Shown: positions 8,595 through 15,415 of the stretch, piece by piece | Numbering within the stretch: the first letter of the stretch is position 1 | Layout: each line of letters starts with the position of its first letter | Assembly (NCBI GenBank): GCA_964588585.1 | Contig: CAZPPX010000009.1 | Location: 119,338-151,337 of the forward strand | Origin: an uncultured Phycisphaeraceae bacterium | Lineage (GTDB): Bacteria; Planctomycetota; Phycisphaerae; Phycisphaerales; UBA1924 | Direction of reading: 5' to 3' | Length of the DNA: 32,000 bases | Program-made: the position numbers and the translations under genes | Notes under the pieces: model-generated | The model's input: the letters and a program-made list of their open reading frames with translations, nothing else | Databases searched by the model: none | Told to the model about the DNA's origin: nothing

Positions 8595-9845
8595 ATGAAT
8601 CGACTCCTCGGCGGTCGTGGCGGGGGCGGGGTGCGGGTGGTGGTGGGGCTGGTTTGGGCGCTGGTTGCGGCGGTCGCGAGCGCGCACCCCGCGCGGCTTG
8701 ATCCTGATCCGCGCCAGATCATCCGGGAGGCGGATGCCGCGATGGCCAAGGCGGGCACGCTCATGTTCAGTGCCGAGAGCCGGGAGCTGGGGGCGCTGGC
8801 GGCGATCGAGCCCAACGTGACCGGTCGCGTGGTGTTTGCGGAGTTCAAGTTGAATGACCCCGCTTCGTGGCGCTTTGTGGCCAAGGGGGGCGTGACCTGG
8901 CCGGATTCGATCAGGTCAGGTGATTTTCATACGTTGACGAGCACCGATGGCGTGATCTCGATCCGCCCCTCGGCCAAGGAGATCATCGAAGCGCCGCTGG
9001 CCGATGCCGACGGGTTGCTCGATGACGGCGGGCGCTGGCTGGTGTGGTGGCTCTCGGCCTGGCCCGGCACCGTGGCCAAGCCGACGCTCGAGCCGGGTCC
9101 GGCGAAGGTGACGTGGGAAGGTCGCCGGGCGATTGACGGCGTGAGTTGCGACATCATCCGCGTGGATTCAAGCGCGATCGACGAGGTCGAGACCGACGCG
9201 TGGTGGTTCATTTCCGAGGATGACCGCTTGCCCAGGCGTGTGGACAGGCTCGTGGTGACGCCGCAGGGACCGGGTTTCTCGACGATGGAGATTCGCGACC
9301 TGAAGGTGGGCGTGGAGATCGATCCGGGCGAGTTCAAGTTTTCGATTCCGGTGGGGTACCGGATCATCACCGATTACGAGCCGCCGCCGGTGCCGCCGAA
9401 GTTCAGGGCGCGGGGGCGAGCGCTGCTCTCAGGCGGCGCGATCGTGCCGGACTTTGAGTTGCGTACGGCGGTGGGCGAGCGGCGGAAACTGTCGGACGTG
9501 CGCGGGCGGGTGGTGCTGCTGGCGTTCTTTGCCAGCTGGTCCAAGCCCAGCACGGAAATGCTGACGAACCTCAAGCCGCTGATTGAGGACTTGTCGAAAT
9601 GGGATTTCACCGCGTGGGGACTCTCGGCTTTTGACCAGGGCGACCCGGTTACCGCCGCAAAGGACGCGGGGCTGAAGATTGACGTGCTGACCGAGGCCGA
9701 CCCCGTCGCGCGGCGCTTCGGCATCACGGATCTGCCCGCGCTCGTCGTGATCGGTGCCGACGGGCGGACACTGCTGGTGAGGCCGGGCGGGAGCAAGGCG
9801 GACATCGACGCGGTGCGGGCGGCGATTTCGAAGGTGGTGAAGTGA
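8595..9845 (+). CDS. secreted two-domain protein: beta-rich LolA-like N-terminal domain plus a TlpA/ResA-type thioredoxin-fold domain lacking the CxxC site
   Basis: Signal peptide MNRLLGG...VWALVAAVASA. C-terminal 140 aa (VPDFEL...GRVVLLAFFASWSKPSTEM...LPALVVIGADGR) align by eye to redoxin/TlpA, but with WSKPS (9537-9551) where WCxPC is expected. The N-terminal domain call is from sequence feel only. Confidence 0.75.
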   Translation: MNRLLGGRGGGGVRVVVGLVWALVAAVASAHPARLDPDPRQIIREADAAMAKAGTLMFSAESRELGALAAIEPNVTGRVVFAEFKLNDPASWRFVAKGGVTWPDSIRSGDFHTLTSTDGVISIRPSAKEIIEAPLADADGLLDDGGRWLVWWLSAWPGTVAKPTLEPGPAKVTWEGRRAIDGVSCDIIRVDSSAIDEVETDAWWFISEDDRLPRRVDRLVVTPQGPGFSTMEIRDLKVGVEIDPGEFKFSIPVGYRIITDYEPPPVPPKFRARGRALLSGGAIVPDFELRTAVGERRKLSDVRGRVVLLAFFASWSKPSTEMLTNLKPLIEDLSKWDFTAWGLSAFDQGDPVTAAKDAGLKIDVLTEADPVARRFGITDLPALVVIGADGRTLLVRPGGSKADIDAVRAAISKVVK

Positions 9846-9857
9846 GCGTGGCCTTGG

Positions 9858-9927
9858 ATTGTCCGGCGGTCCCCGCCGGACAATCTGAACTCATGGGAAA
9901 GCAACAGTCCGGCGGGGACCGCCGGAC
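9858..9927. terminator. two GC-rich hairpins sharing one stem sequence in opposite orientations, between convergent genes
   Basis: ATTGTCCGGCGG-tcc-CCGCCGGACAAT (9858-9884) and GTCCGGCGG-gga-CCGCCGGAC (9907-9927). No U-tracts. Confidence 0.5.
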
Positions 9928-9941
9928 CCCGGAAAACTCCT

Positions 9942-10958
9942 TCAGCCACCCAGCAAATGCAGCAGCAACCCATTCTGCGCGTGCAGGCGATTCTCGGCCT
10001 GATCGAACACCACCGACGCGGGTGAATCGATGACTTCGTCGATGACTTCTTCGCCCCGGTGCGCGGGCAGGCAGTGCATGAACACAGCGTGCTTCGCGGC
10101 CCGCGCCATGAGTGCCGTGTCCACGCGATAGGGCTGGAAGGCGCGCTCGCGGCGCTCGCTCTCGCCCTCCAGGTGCATGGAGACCCAGGTATCGGTATAG
10201 ACCGCGTCGGCACCGGCGACGTCGTCGAGATTGGTGGAGACGCGCAGGCGTGTGCCGTGGGTTTGGGCGAAGGACTGGGCGATGCGTACTTCACTGGCGG
10301 GGGGCGCATAGCCCTCGGGCGTGATGACGGTGATATGCACGCCCAGTTTCGGGCACAGGTGCATGAGTGAGACGACGGTGTTGCACCCGTCGCCGACGTA
10401 CGCCAGGTGCAGGCCTTCGAGTTTCCCGAAGCGCTCGCGAAGAGTGAGCAGGTCGGCAAGGGATTGGCACGGGTGATACGCGTCGGAGAGCGCGTTGATC
10501 ACCGGCACGCGCGCGTGCCGCGCGAGTTCGTCGACGGTCTGCTGCGAATAGGTGCGAGCGACGATCGCGGCCACCCAGCGCTCCAGGTTGCGCGCGTAGT
10601 CGTGAATCGTTTCGCGCTGGCCGATGCGCTCCTTGGCGTGGTCGTAGTAGATGGCGTGGCCGCCCAGGCGGTGAATGCCGACCTCGAAGGTCATGCGGGT
10701 GCGCAGCGAGGGCTTCTCAAAGAGCAGCACGATGGATTGGCCCGCGAGTGCGGTCGCGGCGAGGGAGGGGTCGCGTTTCACACTGGCTGCGGTGGACAAG
10801 ACGAGCCCCAGGTCGCTCGGCGTCAGGGTCGCAGAGTTGGTCAGGTCTTTGGTGGAGAGGGGCGCAAAGCGGGAGCGCGCGGCGGCGGTCGATGCTGGGG
10901 AAGTGGGGGAAGCGACTGGGGGGACGGGCGGGGCGGGGGGGACGGGGGCGTTGGCCAT
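9942..10958 (-). CDS. argF: ornithine carbamoyltransferase
   Basis: FEKPSLRTR, HPCQSLADL, DTWVSM and HCLPAHRGEEV motifs. Start assigned to ATG at 10958 (MANAPVPPAPP...). The rest of the 680-aa tracked ORF is an antisense read-through into groEL1. Confidence 0.9.
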   Translation of the reverse strand: MANAPVPPAPPVPPVASPTSPASTAAARSRFAPLSTKDLTNSATLTPSDLGLVLSTAASVKRDPSLAATALAGQSIVLLFEKPSLRTRMTFEVGIHRLGGHAIYYDHAKERIGQRETIHDYARNLERWVAAIVARTYSQQTVDELARHARVPVINALSDAYHPCQSLADLLTLRERFGKLEGLHLAYVGDGCNTVVSLMHLCPKLGVHITVITPEGYAPPASEVRIAQSFAQTHGTRLRVSTNLDDVAGADAVYTDTWVSMHLEGESERRERAFQPYRVDTALMARAAKHAVFMHCLPAHRGEEVIDEVIDSPASVVFDQAENRLHAQNGLLLHLLGG

Positions 10959-11046
10959 GGGCGCGATGGTAGAAGTGCCGCGCCCGGCTGGAAGGGGTTT
11001 GGAAGGCGGGTCGGGGCTCTGCCAGAAAGGCAGGGGCGGGGGATGG

Positions 11047-11067
11047 GTCTGACACGTCTCAGACGTG
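11047..11067. promoter_or_regulatory. overlapping palindromes (candidate operator/UAS) in the argF-groEL1 divergent spacer
   Basis: GTCTGA-cacgtc-TCAGAC overlaps CACGTC-tca-GACGTG. Confidence 0.25.
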
Positions 11068-11198
11068 AGCAGGCATTGGCCATCGCCACAATCCGACCTG
11101 ACTCCCCGGAAACGGCCCGCGACCTGCCTCGAAAGGGCCCGACGTGGCGCGGCGGCAACCGCGATCACCCAGCCCAGCGCCACGCCCGCGTTCTTGGC

Positions 11199-11213
11199 TG
11201 GCACACACCTTGC
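11199..11213 (+). promoter_or_regulatory. sigma-54-type -24/-12 promoter-like motif upstream of groEL1
   Basis: TGGCAC-acacc-TTGC has the exact core and spacing of the TGGCAC-N5-TTGC consensus. It is in the + orientation, 107 nt before the groEL1 ATG. Confidence 0.3.
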
Positions 11214-11319
11214 CAATACCCTCTCACGCCATCGGCTCGCCACGAGCGACCGATGGTTTTCCCCGAACGTCCCCCGGACTGATTTTCGACTCTCAACCTT
11301 TAGACCCGGAGCCCTGAAG

Positions 11320-13095
11320 ATGGCCGCCAAGGAACTCGCGTTTGATGTGGATGCCCGCCAGTCGCTGTTTGCGGGGGTTGAGAAGTTGGCGCGGGCGGTG
11401 AAGGCCACGCTCGGGCCCCGCGGCCGCAACGCGGTCCTCGACAAGTCCTGGGGCGGGCCCACCGTGACCAAGGACGGCGTGACGGTCGCCGAGGAGATCG
11501 AACTCACCTGCAAGATCGAGAACATGGGGGCCCAACTGGTTAAGCAGGCCGCCAGCAAGACCAGCGACGACGCGGGCGACGGCACCACCACCGCCACCGT
11601 GCTCGCCGAGGCGCTCTTCCGTGAGGGTCTCAAGCACATCGCTGCGGGCTGCGATGCCAACGCGCTGGTTCGCGGCATGAAGAAGGCCGTGGAGGCCGCG
11701 TCGGCCGCGATCGAGAAGCAGGCCACGCCCGTCAGCGGCAACAAGGACATCGAGAACGTCGCCAGCATCTCGGCCAACAACGACTTCGAGATCGGCAAGA
11801 TCATGGCCAACGCCTTCGCCAAAGTCGGCAAGGACGGCGTCATCACCGTTGAAGAAGGCAAGACCGCCGAGACCGAAGTGACCGTGGTCGAAGGCATGCA
11901 GTTCGACCGCGGCTTCCTTTCGCCCAACTTCGTGACCAACGTCGAAGCCATGAAGTGCGAGTTCGACAAGGCCCTGGTCCTCATTCACGAGGACAAGATC
12001 GACAACGTGCAGAAACTCGTGCCGCTGCTCGAGAAGGTGATGCAGGCGAAGAAGCCGCTGCTGATTATCGCTGAAGACGTTACGGGCGAAGCCCTGGCGA
12101 CGCTGGTCATCAACAAACTGCGCGGCACGCTGCAGGTGTGTGCCGTGAAGGCCCCGGGTTATGGTGATCGCCGCAAGGCGATGCTGGAGGATATCGCGAT
12201 CCTCACCGGTGCCGAGGCAATCATGAAGGACACCGGCGCGGAACTCGAGAAGGTCGAACTGAAGCACCTGGGCATGGCCAAGAAACTCGAGGTCGATGCC
12301 GACAACACGACGATCATCGAGGGCGCGGGCAGCACCAAGGACATCCAGGCCCGCATCGAGCAGATCCGTCGCGAGATCGAGGCCACCTCCAGCGATTACG
12401 ACCGCGAGAAGGCCCAGGAGCGCCTCGCCAAGTTGTCCGGCGGGGTGGCCCAGGTGAAGGTCGGCGCGGCCAGCGAAGCCGAACTGAAAGAGAAGAAGGC
12501 CCGCGTCGAGGACGCGCTGCATGCCACCCGCGCCGCGGTCGCCGAGGGCGTGGTTCCCGGCGGTGGGACCAGTTTCATCCGCGCTCGCAAGGCGATCGAG
12601 GCCCTTCCCGAGTGGAAGATGGTCTACAGCAAGAAGGCCACCGCCGACGGCGATGTGACGTCCGAAGACATCGGCAGTTTCAAGTTTGACGCGGCCGCCG
12701 GCATGGACACGGTGCACAAGGCGCTGCTCGTGCCCCTCCAGACGATTGCCGACAACGCGGGCGACAAGGGCACCGTCGTGGTCGCCAAGGTCATCGAAGG
12801 CGGCGACGGCAAGGCCGGCGCATCCTTTGGCTACAACGCCCTCACCGGCGAATATGGCGACCTGCTCAAGCAGGGCGTGCTGACCCCGGCCAAGGTTGAC
12901 CGCACGGCACTCGTGAATGCCGCGAGCGTCGCGACGGTGCTGCTGACCAGCGACTGCGTGATCACCGACGCCCCGAAGGACGAAGACGAAGGCCACGGGC
13001 ACGACCACGGGCACGGCGGCGGTGGCATGGGCGGGATGGGCGGCGGGATGCCGGGCATGGGTGGAATGGGCGGCATGGGGGGAATGGGGTTCTGA
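11320..13095 (+). CDS. groEL: chaperonin GroEL, paralog 1 (591 aa; internal insertion and His-rich plus GGM C-terminal tail)
   Basis: [40 protein letters not shown]...[10 protein letters not shown]... is canonical GroEL. GGAG lies 9 nt upstream of the ATG. Tail [38 protein letters not shown]. Confidence 0.97.
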   Translation: MAAKELAFDVDARQSLFAGVEKLARAVKATLGPRGRNAVLDKSWGGPTVTKDGVTVAEEIELTCKIENMGAQLVKQAASKTSDDAGDGTTTATVLAEALFREGLKHIAAGCDANALVRGMKKAVEAASAAIEKQATPVSGNKDIENVASISANNDFEIGKIMANAFAKVGKDGVITVEEGKTAETEVTVVEGMQFDRGFLSPNFVTNVEAMKCEFDKALVLIHEDKIDNVQKLVPLLEKVMQAKKPLLIIAEDVTGEALATLVINKLRGTLQVCAVKAPGYGDRRKAMLEDIAILTGAEAIMKDTGAELEKVELKHLGMAKKLEVDADNTTIIEGAGSTKDIQARIEQIRREIEATSSDYDREKAQERLAKLSGGVAQVKVGAASEAELKEKKARVEDALHATRAAVAEGVVPGGGTSFIRARKAIEALPEWKMVYSKKATADGDVTSEDIGSFKFDAAAGMDTVHKALLVPLQTIADNAGDKGTVVVAKVIEGGDGKAGASFGYNALTGEYGDLLKQGVLTPAKVDRTALVNAASVATVLLTSDCVITDAPKDEDEGHGHDHGHGGGGMGGMGGGMPGMGGMGGMGGMGF

Positions 13096-13104
13096 GGAGC
13101 ATCA

Positions 13105-13338
13105 ATGAAGGTCAGTCTCAAGATCGACGAGCCGCTTCCGCTCAGGAACGATGGTGTCATTCTGCATGTATCCGATAAGAACGGTCGGGTTGGCAGACTT
13201 CGAATCGGGAAAGCCACGGTTGAGTGGATGCCTGTCGGCAAGTGGAAGGACCACGGGCACAAGTTCAGTATGCGAGAGTTCTGCGAGTATCTCACCGCGG
13301 CGGGCGATGGAAAGATGAAGCTCAAACCGAAGAACTGA
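13105..13338 (+). CDS. hypothetical 77-aa protein, first gene of a low-GC four-gene cassette
   Basis: ATG preceded by GAGGAG (which overlaps the groEL1 stop). Ends 3 nt before the next ATG. No family recognised. Confidence 0.55.
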   Translation: MKVSLKIDEPLPLRNDGVILHVSDKNGRVGRLRIGKATVEWMPVGKWKDHGHKFSMREFCEYLTAAGDGKMKLKPKN

Positions 13339-13341
13339 CCC

Positions 13342-13605
13342 ATGACGCATGCTGACCTTCTCAATCGAATCACCGTCAACCCCGCGATTTTCGGCGGCAA
13401 GCCGATCATCCGCGGTCGTCGGCTGGCAGTTGAACATGTGCTGGGCATGCTCGCGGCGGGCGACACGCCCGAAGCGATCGTGGCCGCGTACCCGTGGCTT
13501 GAGCAGGAGGATGTTCGGGCGTGCCTGGTATACGCGCATCGTGTAGTCGGGCATGAACGGGTCGAGCCCGCCATCGATCAGGCGCAAGGAGGAAAAGCCG
13601 CGTGA
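13342..13605 (+). CDS. DUF433 family protein (putative antitoxin-like HTH)
   Basis: ITVNPAIFGGKPIIRGRRLAVEHVLGMLAAGDTPEAIVAAYPWLEQEDVRACLVYA matches the DUF433 signature GKPxIRGTRxxV...YPxLxxEDIxAxLxYA. Confidence 0.85.
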   Translation: MTHADLLNRITVNPAIFGGKPIIRGRRLAVEHVLGMLAAGDTPEAIVAAYPWLEQEDVRACLVYAHRVVGHERVEPAIDQAQGGKAA

Positions 13606-13952
13606 GGCTTCTCCTCGATTCGTGCATGTCTGGGCCGGTGGCCGTGTCGCTTCGCCAGGCTGGGCACGAGGTCGAATGGGCTGGCGATTGGCCGCGTGAT
13701 CCGGGTGATGAAAAGATTCTGAGGCGTGCATTCGTAGAGAAGCGTGTCTTGGTTACGCTGGATCGAGATTTTGGAGAACTCGCCGTTGTTCGAGGAGTTC
13801 TGCATCACGGGATTCTCAGAATTTCAGGTGTTTCCGTCAGTCATCATGCTGCGGCGTGCGAACGTGCCCTGAACAAATACGGAGCCGAGTTGGAATCAGG
13901 GGCGATCGTGACCGTGGAGCCGGGTCGAGTTCGCATACGACTGGACGAATGA
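13602..13952 (+). CDS. DUF5615 family PIN-like protein (putative toxin)
   Basis: MRLLLDSCMSGPVAVSLRQAGHEVEW...DEKILRRAFVEKRVLVTLDRDFGEL is typical of DUF5615. The GTG start overlaps the DUF433 stop (GTGA). Confidence 0.85.
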   Translation: MRLLLDSCMSGPVAVSLRQAGHEVEWAGDWPRDPGDEKILRRAFVEKRVLVTLDRDFGELAVVRGVLHHGILRISGVSVSHHAAACERALNKYGAELESGAIVTVEPGRVRIRLDE

Positions 13953-14260
13953 CGATGGTGAAGGCGAAGATCATGAAGAAGGACCCCAACAAGTACCCCA
14001 AGGGGTGGAATCGCGCGAAGGTTGAGGCGGTGATCCGCACCGCGACGAAGGCTTCGGCTGAGCAGCCGTCCGGACGTGACGAGGCGCTCGAAGACGCCCG
14101 CGACCTCGCGGCGTTTGACGAGGCGGTTCGCGAGAACGCCGGAAAGCCCCTCGTGCCTTGGGAAGATGTCAAACGCTCGCTCGGGCTGAACACGCGCGCA
14201 ACCCGTTCGTCTCGTCGCAAATCCGCACCTTCCAAATCCGGCAAGCGTCGCGCTGCCTGA
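13949..14260 (+). CDS. hypothetical 103-aa protein with a basic tail, possibly antitoxin-like
   Basis: The ATG overlaps the previous stop (ATGA). The segment DLAAFDEAVRENAGKPLVPWEDVKRSLGL resembles C-terminal segments of small antitoxin-type proteins (recalled from memory, not verified). Tail RSSRRKSAPSKSGKRRAA. Confidence 0.6.
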   Translation: MTMVKAKIMKKDPNKYPKGWNRAKVEAVIRTATKASAEQPSGRDEALEDARDLAAFDEAVRENAGKPLVPWEDVKRSLGLNTRATRSSRRKSAPSKSGKRRAA

Positions 14261-14286
14261 TTTGTCCACCTTCTACGGAGCATCTC

Positions 14287-14517
14287 ATGCCCTCAGCCAA
14301 AGACCTCTTCAACAAACTCGGCAACTCCGGCGGCGGCTTCAAGCCCGTCGCCAAGTCCGTCATTCCCAATGCCGCCGATTCCAAGGCCGACGCCAAGGCC
14401 GCTGTCAGCGGGCACAAGGCCACCGAGGCTTTGAAGGACGGCCCCAAGAAGGGCGGTGGAGGTGGTGCCGGCGGCGGTGGCGGCACCGTGCCCATCGGCG
14501 TGCGCCCCAAGGTCTGA
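14287..14517 (+). CDS. hypothetical 76-aa low-complexity protein with a poly-Gly run
   Basis: ATG at 14287 with GGAG 6 nt upstream. Sequence MPSAKDLFNKLGNSGGGFKP...KKGGGGGAGGGGGTVPIGVRPKV. High GC, unlike the preceding cassette. Confidence 0.5.
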   Translation: MPSAKDLFNKLGNSGGGFKPVAKSVIPNAADSKADAKAAVSGHKATEALKDGPKKGGGGGAGGGGGTVPIGVRPKV

Positions 14518-14530
14518 CCTGTTCCCCGCC

Positions 14531-14562
14531 CTGGGTACCTCGACTCTCCGAGTCGAGTCCCC
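14531..14562 (+). terminator. conserved hairpin element, copy 1 (TGGGTACCTCGAYTCTCCGARTCGAGTCCC)
   Basis: CTCGACTC-tcc-GAGTCGAG (14539-14557), 14 nt after the stop at 14517. A near-identical copy lies at 22660-22690. Confidence 0.5.
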
Positions 14563-14645
14563 GTTCCCGTCTTCTTTCCTTTCCTCCCTCTTCCTCCTCT
14601 TCCTCATCTTTCCGATCCTCCCCGTTTTCCTCCTTCTTTCTTCTC
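14558..14645 (+). repeat. ~88-nt polypyrimidine (CT-rich) tract
   Basis: Only about 6 purines occur in tccccgttcccgtcttctttcctttcctccctcttcctcctcttcctcatctttccgatcctccccgttttcctccttctttcttctc. Confidence 0.8.
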
Positions 14646-14678
14646 GGTGCTTCCTCGGTGTCTCTGTGCCTCGGTGGT
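14641..14678 (+). repeat. solo copy of the CTCGGTG-repeat arm
   Basis: ttctcggtgcttcctcggtgtctctgtgcctcggtggt matches 18397-18434 at 35 of 38 positions. It ends 9 nt before the dedA ATG. Confidence 0.7.
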
Positions 14679-14687
14679 TAGCCTCTT

Positions 14688-15368
14688 ATGCAGCAGATCC
14701 TCGACATCTTCCTGCACCTTGACCGTCACCTGGGCGAGTTGATCGCCCAGCACGGCGCGTGGGTGTACGCGATTGCCGCGGGGATCATCTTTGCCGAGAC
14801 GGGCTTGGTCGTGATGCCCTTCCTGCCCGGCGATTCGCTGCTGTTTGCCCTCGGCGCGTTCACGTCGTCGGACGGCGAAGCCACGCGGCTCAACCTGTGG
14901 GTGCTGCTCGGCACGCTCACGATTGCCGCGATCATCGGCGACGCGGTGAATTATCACGTCGGCAAGTACCTCGGCCCGCGCGTCTTCCGCGGCGAGGGCT
15001 TGGGCTTCTGGGGCAAACTGCTCAACCGCAAGCATCTCGACCGCGCCCACGCGTTCTACGACAAATACGGCGGCAAAGCCGTGGTGCTGGCGCGGTTCGT
15101 GCCCATCGTCCGCACGTTCGTCCCTTTCGTCGCGGGCGCGGGCGCGATGAACTACGGCAAGTTCGTCTTCTACAACATCGCCGGCGCCGTCGCCTGGGTC
15201 TTCATCTGCGTGCTCGCCGGCCACTGGTTCGGCAACATCCCCTGGGTGAAGAAGAACTTCGAAATCGTCGTCCTCGGCATCATCGTCGTCTCGATCATGC
15301 CCATCGTCGTGGAAGTCATCATGAGCCGCCGGAGCGCCAAGGTCGCGCCGGTCGCGCCGTCCGTCTGA
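14688..15368 (+). CDS. DedA family inner-membrane protein (VTT/SNARE-associated domain)
   Basis: FAETGLVVMPFLPGDSLLFALGAF, NYHVGKYLG and ARFVPIVRTFVPFVAGAGAMNY are typical DedA motifs. Confidence 0.9.
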   Translation: MQQILDIFLHLDRHLGELIAQHGAWVYAIAAGIIFAETGLVVMPFLPGDSLLFALGAFTSSDGEATRLNLWVLLGTLTIAAIIGDAVNYHVGKYLGPRVFRGEGLGFWGKLLNRKHLDRAHAFYDKYGGKAVVLARFVPIVRTFVPFVAGAGAMNYGKFVFYNIAGAVAWVFICVLAGHWFGNIPWVKKNFEIVVLGIIVVSIMPIVVEVIMSRRSAKVAPVAPSV

Positions 15369-15375
15369 ACTGTCT

Positions 15376-15415
15376 TCTTTGGCCATTTGGTCATCTGGCA
15401 ATTTGGTATTTGGAG
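15376..15415 (+). repeat. five 8-nt-periodic YTTGG units abutting the groES SD/ATG
   Basis: tctTTGGc caTTTGGt caTCTGGc aaTTTGGt atTTGGag. The last unit merges with the GGAG SD. Homologous to 20466-20503. Confidence 0.7.

Noticed and set aside
5567-8701. 1044-aa plus-strand ORF spanning the kinase and sigma loci
   Set aside because: It is the antisense shadow of two genes with clear motifs. The sequence is Gly/Ala/Arg/Val-rich low complexity, and it crosses an intergenic gap.
10959-11984. N-terminal 342 codons of the 680-aa tracked ORF containing argF
   Set aside because: Carbamoyltransferase homology begins only after the ATG at 10958. The upstream part crosses the intergenic region and runs antisense into groEL1.
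11293-13014. 573-aa minus-strand ORF (with a similar one at 16176-17672)
   Set aside because: These are antisense shadows of the two groEL genes. Long antisense open frames are expected at this GC content.
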